NCBI GenBank assembly: GCA_965216565.1
Contig: OZ244170.1
Coordinates: 2,496,001 to 2,560,000, forward strand
Direction of reading: 5' to 3'
From: Bythopirellula sp.
GTDB taxonomy: Bacteria; Planctomycetota; Planctomycetia; Pirellulales; Lacipirellulaceae
Length of the DNA stretch: 64,000 nucleotides
Shown: positions 19,208 through 27,212 of the stretch, piece after piece
Layout of the letters: the number at the start of each line of letters is the position of its first letter
How positions within the stretch are numbered: position 1 is the stretch's first letter
Notes under the pieces: model-generated
What the model was told of the DNA's origin: nothing
The model's database searches: none
What the model saw: the letters and a program-made list of their open reading frames with translations, nothing else
Position numbers and translations under genes: made by a program

Positions 19208-19857
19208 CAGACATTCAACGAGATTACCTTAGCTGCATTCATTCGCAATGGGAGAGATCAGCTTTGACGTTTTGTCGTAAGAAGCTCAAGGTGTCCTCTG
19301 AATTTCTTCGGCGAGATGAGTTCGAGGAGCATTGGCAAGCTGCGATGGTTGAGATTGCGTATTTAATTCAGCGAGGCGAGTGGGACATCGTGAAGGAAGC
19401 TGAACGTGGCAATGGTCGAATTTGCTGGATAGCTTTGCAGACGTTTTATCGTTCACGGTATGAGCATAGGTATATGGAACGTGTGCTCGCTGATTCTAAT
19501 GAAGCCCTAATCTCCTTAGTTGAGTCCGAAGAACCAGTTGTTGGAGGAATTAAAGCGTCGAGAGTTGTAAACGAATTAAAGATGTTAATATCTGGTCTTC
19601 CAGAGAAGCGTCGATTGGTGATGGAGATGCTGGTTGAAGTGGTAGAAGACGCTAGATTTGATTTGGATGACATGATGCACTGCGTGAAGCTACGCATACG
19701 TGAGGGACTGTCTGAACGTGGTTATGAGTTCACGCCGATTCAAGTACAGAACGCGTTGTTCTCGGGGCGTAAGCAACTATGGGAACAACTTAGAGAACGT
19801 GGCTTGGTTTCAGGTGAAAGACCCCGCCTTGGAAGAGGTGGCGTTGGAAGTAAGTAG
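19195..19857 (+). CDS. Divergent sigma-70/ECF-like helical protein, copy 1
   Basis: Region-2-like EFEEHWQAAMVEI...WIALQTFYRSR and region-4-like LISGLPEKRRLVMEM...QVQNALFSGRKQLWEQL. It overlaps the rep stop and has GGAG upstream. The ORF is convincing; the function is inferred. Confidence 0.55.
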   Translation: MQLLTDIQRDYLSCIHSQWERSALTFCRKKLKVSSEFLRRDEFEEHWQAAMVEIAYLIQRGEWDIVKEAERGNGRICWIALQTFYRSRYEHRYMERVLADSNEALISLVESEEPVVGGIKASRVVNELKMLISGLPEKRRLVMEMLVEVVEDARFDLDDMMHCVKLRIREGLSERGYEFTPIQVQNALFSGRKQLWEQLRERGLVSGERPRLGRGGVGSK

Positions 19858-19875
19858 TTTGGTTGTTTTCGTGTA

Positions 19876-20037
19876 GTTGTTGCACACTATGGGGTTGCCG
19901 CGTGAGATCGCGAAGGCGAGGCGGCGGAAGAGTTCGGTCCGTGTACAAGGGGCATGGAGAAGCTGAGCACGCCGCCTCGCCGTTAGCGACTCGGGGCAGT
20001 CGAACGCGGCAACAGGGTCCCATAGTGTTGCAACAAC
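19876..20037. other. Long imperfect hairpin, candidate single-strand origin (copy 1; copy 2 at 22749-22910)
   Basis: Nested inverted repeats GTTGTTGCA/TGCAACAAC, CACTATGGG/CCCATAGTG, GTTGCCGCGT/ACGCGGCAAC and GGCGAGGCGGCG/CGCCGCCTCGCC. Confidence 0.7.
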
Positions 20038-20060
20038 GGTTCATTTGAAAGGAGTTTGTA

Positions 20061-20348
20061 GTGTCTAATTTGTTTGGAGTTGCTAAAGCAGGTTTTGATA
20101 TTGTTGGGGAGGTCACTGAGGAGCGTATTCTTCGAAGTACCAAGGAGTCGGCCAAGGATTGGAAACAACCTGTGTGTAAGGTAGTTACAGCCGGCTCAAC
20201 TTTAGAGGTCCAACTAACTGAAGAACAGCATTCGCAGGTGTTGGTCGGGAATGCTTACCAGTTCGTTGGCAGAATTGCTAAGGAAGGAGGGAGAATCAAC
20301 CTAGTTGTTGAAGAATTAAGGAAGCTGGCGACGCCGAAGGCGTCTTGA
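20061..20348 (+). CDS. Small beta-rich protein, probable ssDNA-binding (OB-fold) protein, copy 1
   Basis: GTG start with a strong AAAGGAG RBS; 95 aa with an alternating beta-strand pattern (FDIVGEV, VCKVVT, TLEVQL, YQFVGRI, INLVVE); located in a Rep module. Confidence 0.55.
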   Translation: MSNLFGVAKAGFDIVGEVTEERILRSTKESAKDWKQPVCKVVTAGSTLEVQLTEEQHSQVLVGNAYQFVGRIAKEGGRINLVVEELRKLATPKAS

Positions 20349-20349
20349 G

Positions 20350-20595
20350 ATGAAGATTCGACCGTACCGAAAGGATGGATATCGCCGACGTCGGCGAGTT
20401 CATGTGAGGATGGACGAATCGTTAGTAGATGCAATGGATGAGTTGGCTAGAGCACTCTCGCTGAGTCGTTCGCATCTCTGTGATCTGATTCTCGGCATAG
20501 CTGTCGAGGAGGGTGGTGAATGGTTACGGTCCGCAATCAACAAGCGTGTAAAACAGGCTCTTAATCGAAAACGTGACAGCACTTTTCAAGAATGA
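20350..20595 (+). CDS. Ribbon-helix-helix (CopG/Arc-like) DNA-binding protein, copy 1
   Basis: RVHVRMDESLVDAMDELARALSLSRSHLCDLIL fits the RHH pattern. Confidence 0.8.
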   Translation: MKIRPYRKDGYRRRRRVHVRMDESLVDAMDELARALSLSRSHLCDLILGIAVEEGGEWLRSAINKRVKQALNRKRDSTFQE

Positions 20596-20828
20596 GCTTG
20601 ATCTTTGATGATTGCTATCCGTATGATTTTGGAAGGTCGTTCGGGGTGTTCCTGAGCGCGAGAGTGTCTGAGAAATCGACGCGCATAAAATGGGCCCACA
20701 TACTCTCTGACGGGGGAACATGTGAGCCCAATGATTAAGCACGTCACTGAAAGAAATTTCACATCCAGATGACGCATCTACATGATACGAAATCGTCGCT
20801 GCAGGGCAAAGCCTATTCGGTAGCCCCA

Positions 20829-20856
20829 ACGTCCGATAATCATAGTGGAGTATGGC
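20829..20856 (+). other. Internal junction, equivalent to attP of the circular form
   Basis: ACGTCCGATAA TCATAG TGGAGTATGGC with element sequence on both sides. Confidence 0.8.
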
Positions 20857-20958
20857 GTAAGCTGGCACTCATTCTAGGTTTCTCAGACCTGGACAGGGCA
20901 GTGCGGATCAGTCCCCGTGGGCGAGTCCGCACTGCCAATTTTCTAGGAGTGCCACTAG

Positions 20959-22080
20959 ATGTTCTCTATGAAGCTCAAGGACCGCGAGTCCTGGCTTGAT
21001 CCGGAGTCTGCCGGAATTTTGGGGTGGAAGTTGGGTAAGCGTCTGTGGGCCCGTTGCAAGGGCCACGAGGGACGTTTCATCACGCTCACGTACGATCGTA
21101 AGAATTACCTAGATGCCCAAGATTGTTTCGACAAGTCCAGGGCACAGAAGCATGTCTCTCGTTTCATGCGGAAGCTAGGAGCAGCTATCAATTGCGATCT
21201 GCGTGGTAAGTGGATTTGCAAGTTGGAGTTCCAAGAGGGCGGGTGGGTCCACTGGCACATTCTGTTGCTGGACGTTGGTTACATTCCACAGAAGATCGTT
21301 CTTGATATCTGGGGTAAGGGCTTCATCCACCTTAAGCAACTCAACGAAGCGAATGCGATGTATCTGACCAAGTACGTTGCGAAGGACGGATCGATTCCAG
21401 GTTTCGTATATGACTATCCGTCACGGAGCATCAAGGTTGTCAGAGCGTCACTTGGTTTTTGGAACGATGAGCAGGCGAAGAGAGCGAGGGAGAAGGCGGC
21501 TAAGAGCCGTCGTTCTACTCGTGCTCAACTTATGAAGGGAGCGAAGCGGGAAGAACAGTTCTATGTTCCGGTTGGTGAGAAGCTGCGACAAGAGGCAGTG
21601 TTGTTCCGAACTGGGAGGCGAACATTCTCACTTAAGTGCTCTCGTCTTAAAGTACTGCAAGCTCTTCGTAAGTACTGCGGACAACCCAAGGTTGAGGGAA
21701 CATGGCGACACTACGCAGATGGTGATCAAGTACTGGATCGAGTGGTAGTGGAGTGTGATCCGGCGAGGACGAGCAGCGTGCGGAAGCAATCGCCCGCAGC
21801 CGGAGCAACAGCTCCGCATGACACCCGACCACTATTCTTGAAAGGAACCGGTAATCGTGTCGGATGGTGGTTGGTCCTGGTAAAGGGCAAGTATCGTACT
21901 GTTAGCCCTGCTGACATTGCTGGCAGATTGTCCAAGTGGTGGGCTAAGAATGCTCCGTGGTGGACGCTGCAGTGGATCGAGCAGGAAGCTAGATATCAGC
22001 TTGGAATGACGATGCACGGACATTGGGGTGAACCCTCGGATGCTCGTCCTAATTTGGAGAAGGCCTCATGCAATTACTAA
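20959..22080 (+). CDS. HUH rolling-circle Rep, copy 2
   Basis: Translation identical to 18086-19207. Confidence 0.9.
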   Translation: MFSMKLKDRESWLDPESAGILGWKLGKRLWARCKGHEGRFITLTYDRKNYLDAQDCFDKSRAQKHVSRFMRKLGAAINCDLRGKWICKLEFQEGGWVHWHILLLDVGYIPQKIVLDIWGKGFIHLKQLNEANAMYLTKYVAKDGSIPGFVYDYPSRSIKVVRASLGFWNDEQAKRAREKAAKSRRSTRAQLMKGAKREEQFYVPVGEKLRQEAVLFRTGRRTFSLKCSRLKVLQALRKYCGQPKVEGTWRHYADGDQVLDRVVVECDPARTSSVRKQSPAAGATAPHDTRPLFLKGTGNRVGWWLVLVKGKYRTVSPADIAGRLSKWWAKNAPWWTLQWIEQEARYQLGMTMHGHWGEPSDARPNLEKASCNY

Positions 22081-22730
22081 CAGACATTCAACGAGATTAC
22101 CTTAGCTGCATTCATTCGCAATGGGAGAGATCAGCTTTGACGTTTTGTCGTAAGAAGCTCAAGGTGTCCTCTGAATTTCTTCGGCGAGATGAGTTCGAGG
22201 AGCATTGGCAAGCTGCGATGGTTGAGATTGCGTATTTAATTCAGCGAGGCGAGTGGGACATCGTGAAGGAAGCTGAACGTGGCAATGGTCGAATTTGCTG
22301 GATAGCTTTGCAGACGTTTTATCGTTCACGGTATGAGCATAGGTATATGGAACGTGTGCTCGCTGATTCTAATGAAGCCCTAATCTCCTTAGTTGAGTCC
22401 GAAGAACCAGTTGTTGGAGGAATTAAAGCGTCGAGAGTTGTAAACGAATTAAAGATGTTAATATCTGGTCTTCCAGAGAAGCGTCGATTGGTGATGGAGA
22501 TGCTGGTTGAAGTGGTAGAAGACGCTAGATTTGATTTGGATGACATGATGCACTGCGTGAAGCTACGCATACGTGAGGGACTGTCTGAACGTGGTTATGA
22601 GTTCACGCCGATTCAAGTACAGAACGCGTTGTTCTCGGGGCGTAAGCAACTATGGGAACAACTTAGAGAACGTGGCTTGGTTTCAGGTGAAAGACCCCGC
22701 CTTGGAAGAGGTGGCGTTGGAAGTAAGTAG
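22068..22730 (+). CDS. Divergent sigma-70/ECF-like protein, copy 2
   Basis: Identical to 19195-19857. Confidence 0.55.
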   Translation: MQLLTDIQRDYLSCIHSQWERSALTFCRKKLKVSSEFLRRDEFEEHWQAAMVEIAYLIQRGEWDIVKEAERGNGRICWIALQTFYRSRYEHRYMERVLADSNEALISLVESEEPVVGGIKASRVVNELKMLISGLPEKRRLVMEMLVEVVEDARFDLDDMMHCVKLRIREGLSERGYEFTPIQVQNALFSGRKQLWEQLRERGLVSGERPRLGRGGVGSK

Positions 22731-22933
22731 TTTGGTTGTTTTCGTGTAGTTGTTGCACACTATGGGGTTGCCGCGTGAGATCGCGAAGGCGAGGCGGCGG
22801 AAGAGTTCGGTCCGTGTACAAGGGGCATGGAGAAGCTGAGCACGCCGCCTCGCCGTTAGCGACTCGGGGCAGTCGAACGCGGCAACAGGGTCCCATAGTG
22901 TTGCAACAACGGTTCATTTGAAAGGAGTTTGTA

Positions 22934-23221
22934 GTGTCTAATTTGTTTGGAGTTGCTAAAGCAGGTTTTGATATTGTTGGGGAGGTCACTGAGGAGCGTA
23001 TTCTTCGAAGTACCAAGGAGTCGGCCAAGGATTGGAAACAACCTGTGTGTAAGGTAGTTACAGCCGGCTCAACTTTAGAGGTCCAACTAACTGAAGAACA
23101 GCATTCGCAGGTGTTGGTCGGGAATGCTTACCAGTTCGTTGGCAGAATTGCTAAGGAAGGAGGGAGAATCAACCTAGTTGTTGAAGAATTAAGGAAGCTG
23201 GCGACGCCGAAGGCGTCTTGA
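22934..23221 (+). CDS. Probable ssDNA-binding protein, copy 2
   Basis: Identical to 20061-20348. Confidence 0.55.
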   Translation: MSNLFGVAKAGFDIVGEVTEERILRSTKESAKDWKQPVCKVVTAGSTLEVQLTEEQHSQVLVGNAYQFVGRIAKEGGRINLVVEELRKLATPKAS

Positions 23222-23222
23222 G

Positions 23223-23468
23223 ATGAAGATTCGACCGTACCGAAAGGATGGATATCGCCGACGTCGGCGAGTTCATGTGAGGATGGACGAATCGTTAGTA
23301 GATGCAATGGATGAGTTGGCTAGAGCACTCTCGCTGAGTCGTTCGCATCTCTGTGATCTGATTCTCGGCATAGCTGTCGAGGAGGGTGGTGAATGGTTAC
23401 GGTCCGCAATCAACAAGCGTGTAAAACAGGCTCTTAATCGAAAACGTGACAGCACTTTTCAAGAATGA
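23223..23468 (+). CDS. Ribbon-helix-helix protein, copy 2
   Basis: Identical to 20350-20595. Confidence 0.8.
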   Translation: MKIRPYRKDGYRRRRRVHVRMDESLVDAMDELARALSLSRSHLCDLILGIAVEEGGEWLRSAINKRVKQALNRKRDSTFQE

Positions 23469-23701
23469 GCTTGATCTTTGATGATTGCTATCCGTATGAT
23501 TTTGGAAGGTCGTTCGGGGTGTTCCTGAGCGCGAGAGTGTCTGAGAAATCGACGCGCATAAAATGGGCCCACATACTCTCTGACGGGGGAACATGTGAGC
23601 CCAATGATTAAGCACGTCACTGAAAGAAATTTCACATCCAGATGACGCATCTACATGATACGAAATCGTCGCTGCAGGGCAAAGCCTATTCGGTAGCCCC
23701 A

Positions 23702-23729
23702 ACGTCCGATAATCATAGTTATGTTCGTT
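23702..23729 (+). other. dif: Chromosome dimer resolution site dif (also attR of the element)
   Basis: ACGTCCGATAA-TCATAG-TTATGTTCGTT has the 11-6-11 layout and ATAA-N6-TTAT core of E. coli dif (GGTGCGCATAA TGTATA TTATGTTAAAT). It is intergenic, and KOPS-like octamers converge on it. Confidence 0.85.
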
Positions 23730-23916
23730 TCCGGGGCGTTTTTCCCCGGGATTTAAGCCATTGGCTCTCTCCTGCTCTGCGAAGTGTGTTCTGTGGCGGA
23801 TAGCTTGATTGGTGGAAGAAGTCGAGCTAGTCTGTCGTCTCACGGCGGCTACCAATCCCCCACAATGAATCCTCAGTTTGCCCCCCCTCTCGCCACTTCA
23901 AAAGGATGTGAATTGC

Positions 23917-25977
23917 ATGCTCTCTGCGACACGATTTCTGTTATCGATTGCCGTCATTTTGGTTGGGATTTTATTCCCAAATCGGGCCTATTCCGACGAA
24001 GGAATGTGGCTGTTCGAGGACCTGCCCAAAGACGCTCTGAAGCGGCAATATGACTTCGAGCCCACAGAGGAGTGGGCCCGGCACGTCATGCTCTCCAGCG
24101 TCCGATTTAGCTCCGGGGGATCGGCCTCTTTTGTCTCCAGTAACGGCCTGGTTTTGACCAATCACCACGTGGCCGAGGACACGCTGCATAAGCTCTCCAC
24201 GCCCGAGCAAAACTACATGAAAAACGGCTTCCTGGCCCAATCGCAGGACGATGAGATTCCAGCCCCCGATTTGGAGCTGAATCAGCTTGTTTCGGTCGAA
24301 GATGTGACCGACCGCGTCGAGGCGGCAGTGTCTGACGAGATGGATACTTCGGCCGCAAAGCAGGCCCGCAGGGCCGTGATGGCGCAAATCGAACAGGAAT
24401 CGCTCGACGCCACGGGTCTGCGAAGCGATGTGATCACGCTCTATGGCGGCGCAAAGTACCATCTATATCGCTACAAGAAGTACACCGATGTACGCTTAGT
24501 CTGGGCTCCGGAATACAAAGCGGCATTCTTCGGAGGCGACAACGACAATTTCGAGTATCCCCGGTACTGCATGGACGTGACGTTGTTCCGTGTTTACGAA
24601 GACGGCAAGCCAGTGGAAGTCGAGCATTTCCTCCGTTGGTCAGAAAACGGAGCGGCCGAAGGCGAACTCGTCTTCGTTTCTGGCAACCCCGGCTATACCG
24701 AACGAGACAAGACGGCCGACGCCTTGCGATTTGCTCGTGACTTTTCTTTGCCAAGCTATCTACAGTACATCACGCGGATGGAAATTGAGCTGCAGCAGTA
24801 TAGCAACGAAAGCCCGGAACATCGCCGACGCGCCCACGATGATCTGTTTGGAATTCAAAACAATCGCAAACGTTCGCTCGGCATGAGTGAAGGTTTGCAG
24901 AATCCAGCGCTGATCGCCACAAAGGAAGCTGCGGAGAAACAATTGCGTGCTCGGCTAGCAGAACGTGACGATCTGGAAGAGTTCGCCACAGCGTGGGATG
25001 AGATTGCCACCGCCCAACAGGAACGAGAAAAGCTCGTCAACGATTCTTTCTATATTTCATCGCGGCTGTACGAGATTGCTTTAGAACTGGTTCTCATGGC
25101 CACCGAAGATGCGAAACCGAATGAAGATCGTTACGAAGAGTTCCGCAATTCGGGTCGCGAATCGCTCGAACACGAATTGTTCTCCCCTGCGCCTATTTAC
25201 AACGATTTGGAGATTGCAAAGCTTGGAGCGAGTCTCTCGCTAGTGGCGGGCAAGTTGGGTGGCGATCATCCACTGGTCGTCACGATGCTTGCCGGGAAAA
25301 GCCCTCGCCAGCGGGCTGCTGAGCTAGTTGCTGGCACCAAGCTCAACGATGTTGAGTTGCGAAAGACACTCGCTAAGGAGGGCGCAGCTGCCATCGAAGC
25401 TTCAGACGATCCCATGATCGAGTTCGTACGAGCGATTGAGCCCTACTACCGCAAAGTTCGCGATCGCCAGGAAGAGCTTGAGGAAATCGAAAAACAGGCT
25501 TACGGCTCAATCCGCGAGGCCAAGACGGCGCTCGACGGTGCGAGCGGTTATCCCGATGCCACCTTTACCCTGCGGCTGGCTCTTGGTGTGGTGAAGGGCT
25601 ACGAAGAAGACGGCGTGTGGGTACCTCCATTTACGACCATCGCCGGTGCCTTTGAACACGAAGAGAAGCACGAAGCTAAGGAACCATGGCAACTGCCGGA
25701 GTCGTATCACGAGCATCGCGACCAGGTGGATGGTTCGGCACGGCTAAACTTTGTTTGTACGGCGGACATCATCGGCGGCAACTCCGGGAGTCCCGTCGTG
25801 AATCGCGATGGCGAGTTTGTCGGCATCATCTTTGACGGCAACATTCAAAGTCTCACTGCTTCGTACTACTACGACGACGTGATCTCGCGAGCCGTCTCGG
25901 TCCACAGCAGCGGCATCCGTGAAGTGATCCGCAATATCTACGGTGCGGACGATTTGGCTGACGAGTTGGGGGAATGA
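23917..25977 (+). CDS. S46 family dipeptidyl peptidase
   Basis: Signal peptide followed by DEGMW, SASFVSSNGLVLTNHH, YPDATFTLRL, DIIGGNSGSPV and FDGN. Confidence 0.93.
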   Translation: MLSATRFLLSIAVILVGILFPNRAYSDEGMWLFEDLPKDALKRQYDFEPTEEWARHVMLSSVRFSSGGSASFVSSNGLVLTNHHVAEDTLHKLSTPEQNYMKNGFLAQSQDDEIPAPDLELNQLVSVEDVTDRVEAAVSDEMDTSAAKQARRAVMAQIEQESLDATGLRSDVITLYGGAKYHLYRYKKYTDVRLVWAPEYKAAFFGGDNDNFEYPRYCMDVTLFRVYEDGKPVEVEHFLRWSENGAAEGELVFVSGNPGYTERDKTADALRFARDFSLPSYLQYITRMEIELQQYSNESPEHRRRAHDDLFGIQNNRKRSLGMSEGLQNPALIATKEAAEKQLRARLAERDDLEEFATAWDEIATAQQEREKLVNDSFYISSRLYEIALELVLMATEDAKPNEDRYEEFRNSGRESLEHELFSPAPIYNDLEIAKLGASLSLVAGKLGGDHPLVVTMLAGKSPRQRAAELVAGTKLNDVELRKTLAKEGAAAIEASDDPMIEFVRAIEPYYRKVRDRQEELEEIEKQAYGSIREAKTALDGASGYPDATFTLRLALGVVKGYEEDGVWVPPFTTIAGAFEHEEKHEAKEPWQLPESYHEHRDQVDGSARLNFVCTADIIGGNSGSPVVNRDGEFVGIIFDGNIQSLTASYYYDDVISRAVSVHSSGIREVIRNIYGADDLADELGE

Positions 25978-26083
25978 AGCTCTCGCAAAGGCGCAAAGAA
26001 GTTGAGGAAAGCACACCTCGAGTCACACGGATTTTAGTGGTGGCGTGCTAACGCTGAGAACGGCCGAGAACTTTCACAATCCA

Positions 26084-26162
26084 TGAGCCGAACGCGCTAG
26101 CGTCGGGTAGCACCAGAACAACACTTAGACTTACGCTACCCGCGGCTAGCGCCGTCGGCTCA
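26084..26162. repeat. REP doublet (GAGCCGACGGCGCTAGCCGCGG family), copy A
   Basis: Self-complementary; near-identical inverted copy at 30241-30321 and a related copy at 44027-44105. Confidence 0.8.
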
Positions 26163-26275
26163 CTTAGAATTGTTCTCAATTCTTGAAACTGAGTCTGATG
26201 TCTTCGTGTTCTTTGTGTCTTTGTGGTTCACTTCTCTTGTTCTCCGTGCCACTGCGAGTAGTTGAAGAACACCAC

Positions 26276-27016
26276 TCAATAAGCATTGCCGAGGTTGCGG
26301 TCGGCGGTTTGGGGTTGGGTGTCGACGGGGGATGCTGCCGGTTGATTCCAGTTGGAGTTGTCCACGTTTCTTGGCGCGGGTTGCTCTGCGTTGTCGGCAG
26401 ACTGGCTTGGCCATAAGGAACTGGCGTCTGGCAATTGGGGGAAACCTTGCTCGTTTCTCGGCCATTGCACCTGGAAGCCATTTCCCTGGTTCGATTGTCC
26501 ATTGGGGTTGAGTCGCTGTTCGATGCGTTCGACATAGGGATGAATCACTTCGTGGATTTCGGGGGGAACGAATGTTTCGCTGTGGTCGAGCGCGCGGACA
26601 ATGTATTCCCCAGTGCGCGAAGCAATGATCATATCTTTCTGCGCCTGCGGGAGTATCGTTACTGCAAAAAAGGTGATCGCAATGCACAGCAGTGCCCCTT
26701 TGGCCAAGCCAAAGAGTCCGCCCAGTTGCCGATCAAAACTTTCAAGTCGCACTTTGTCGATCACGCCCGAGACCATGCGAAAGATGGTCCAAATGACGAA
26801 GGATGTGCCGATATAGATGGCCAACATCGCTACGAATTTGTTCCAAGGTGCATGGTTGGAAATCATGGGAGCGAGCTGGTCGGCAAATTTTAGCGCGGCG
26901 AAGTAGCTCACGATAAGTGACGCCAGCGAAGCAATCTGCCAGGCCATGCCTTTCCAAAAACCAAACAAGCCGGCGGCCACGAGGACCCCAATCATCAGTA
27001 AGTCGTATGTTTGCAT
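26276..27016 (-). CDS. CvpA family membrane protein
   Basis: YDLLMIGVL...GFWKG...DRQLGGLFGLAKG; low-complexity C-terminal tail. Confidence 0.85.
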   Translation of the reverse strand: MQTYDLLMIGVLVAAGLFGFWKGMAWQIASLASLIVSYFAALKFADQLAPMISNHAPWNKFVAMLAIYIGTSFVIWTIFRMVSGVIDKVRLESFDRQLGGLFGLAKGALLCIAITFFAVTILPQAQKDMIIASRTGEYIVRALDHSETFVPPEIHEVIHPYVERIEQRLNPNGQSNQGNGFQVQWPRNEQGFPQLPDASSLWPSQSADNAEQPAPRNVDNSNWNQPAASPVDTQPQTADRNLGNAY

Positions 27017-27212
27017 CTATCTAGGAGGGGCTAGGAGCTAGGGACTAGGGATTAGGGTCAGAAATGTAGGCTAAACGAGCGCTCCAATCCAGAGAAGACC
27101 TCAATGCTAGCACTGATAGCAGGCTGTTCGACTTCGAACTTTCAGCGATTCCAATCGCCTCCTATACTCCGCCCGCTCTCCCCTAGTCCCTAGCTCCAAG
27201 CCCCAATCCGCA

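Larger units (their letters stand above)
17948..23719 (+). mobile_element. Tandem dimer of a 2,873-bp rolling-circle integrative element at dif (IMEX-like satellite/plasmid)
   Basis: Unit 1 is 17948-20820 and unit 2 is 20821-23693; all ORFs repeat with an offset of 2873 and identical translations. The 26-bp core TAGCCCCAACGTCCGATAATCATAGT occurs at 17948, 20821 and 23694. HUH Rep present; no integrase. Confidence 0.9.

Noticed and set aside
19863..20048. 61-aa ORF and antisense ORFs across the hairpin
   Set aside because: TTG start and Arg/Gly-rich composition explained by the GC-rich palindrome; better read as structured non-coding DNA.
20780..20846. CTX-type folded attP formed by a second inverted dif-like site
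   Set aside because: Only patchy complementarity (CTACATGAT versus ATCATAG) was found; I saw no convincing inverted XerC/XerD arm nearby.
20769..20999. 76-aa ORF spanning the unit junction
   Set aside because: It runs through attP and the structured leader, overlaps rep out of frame, and has no RBS or recognisable motif; likely incidental.
17948..23719. Complete filamentous prophage or IS91/IS200-type transposon
   Set aside because: There is no Zot/pI ATPase or small TM coat gene. The Rep lacks an IS91 zinc-binding N-terminus, and the ends are dif-like direct repeats rather than IS ends.
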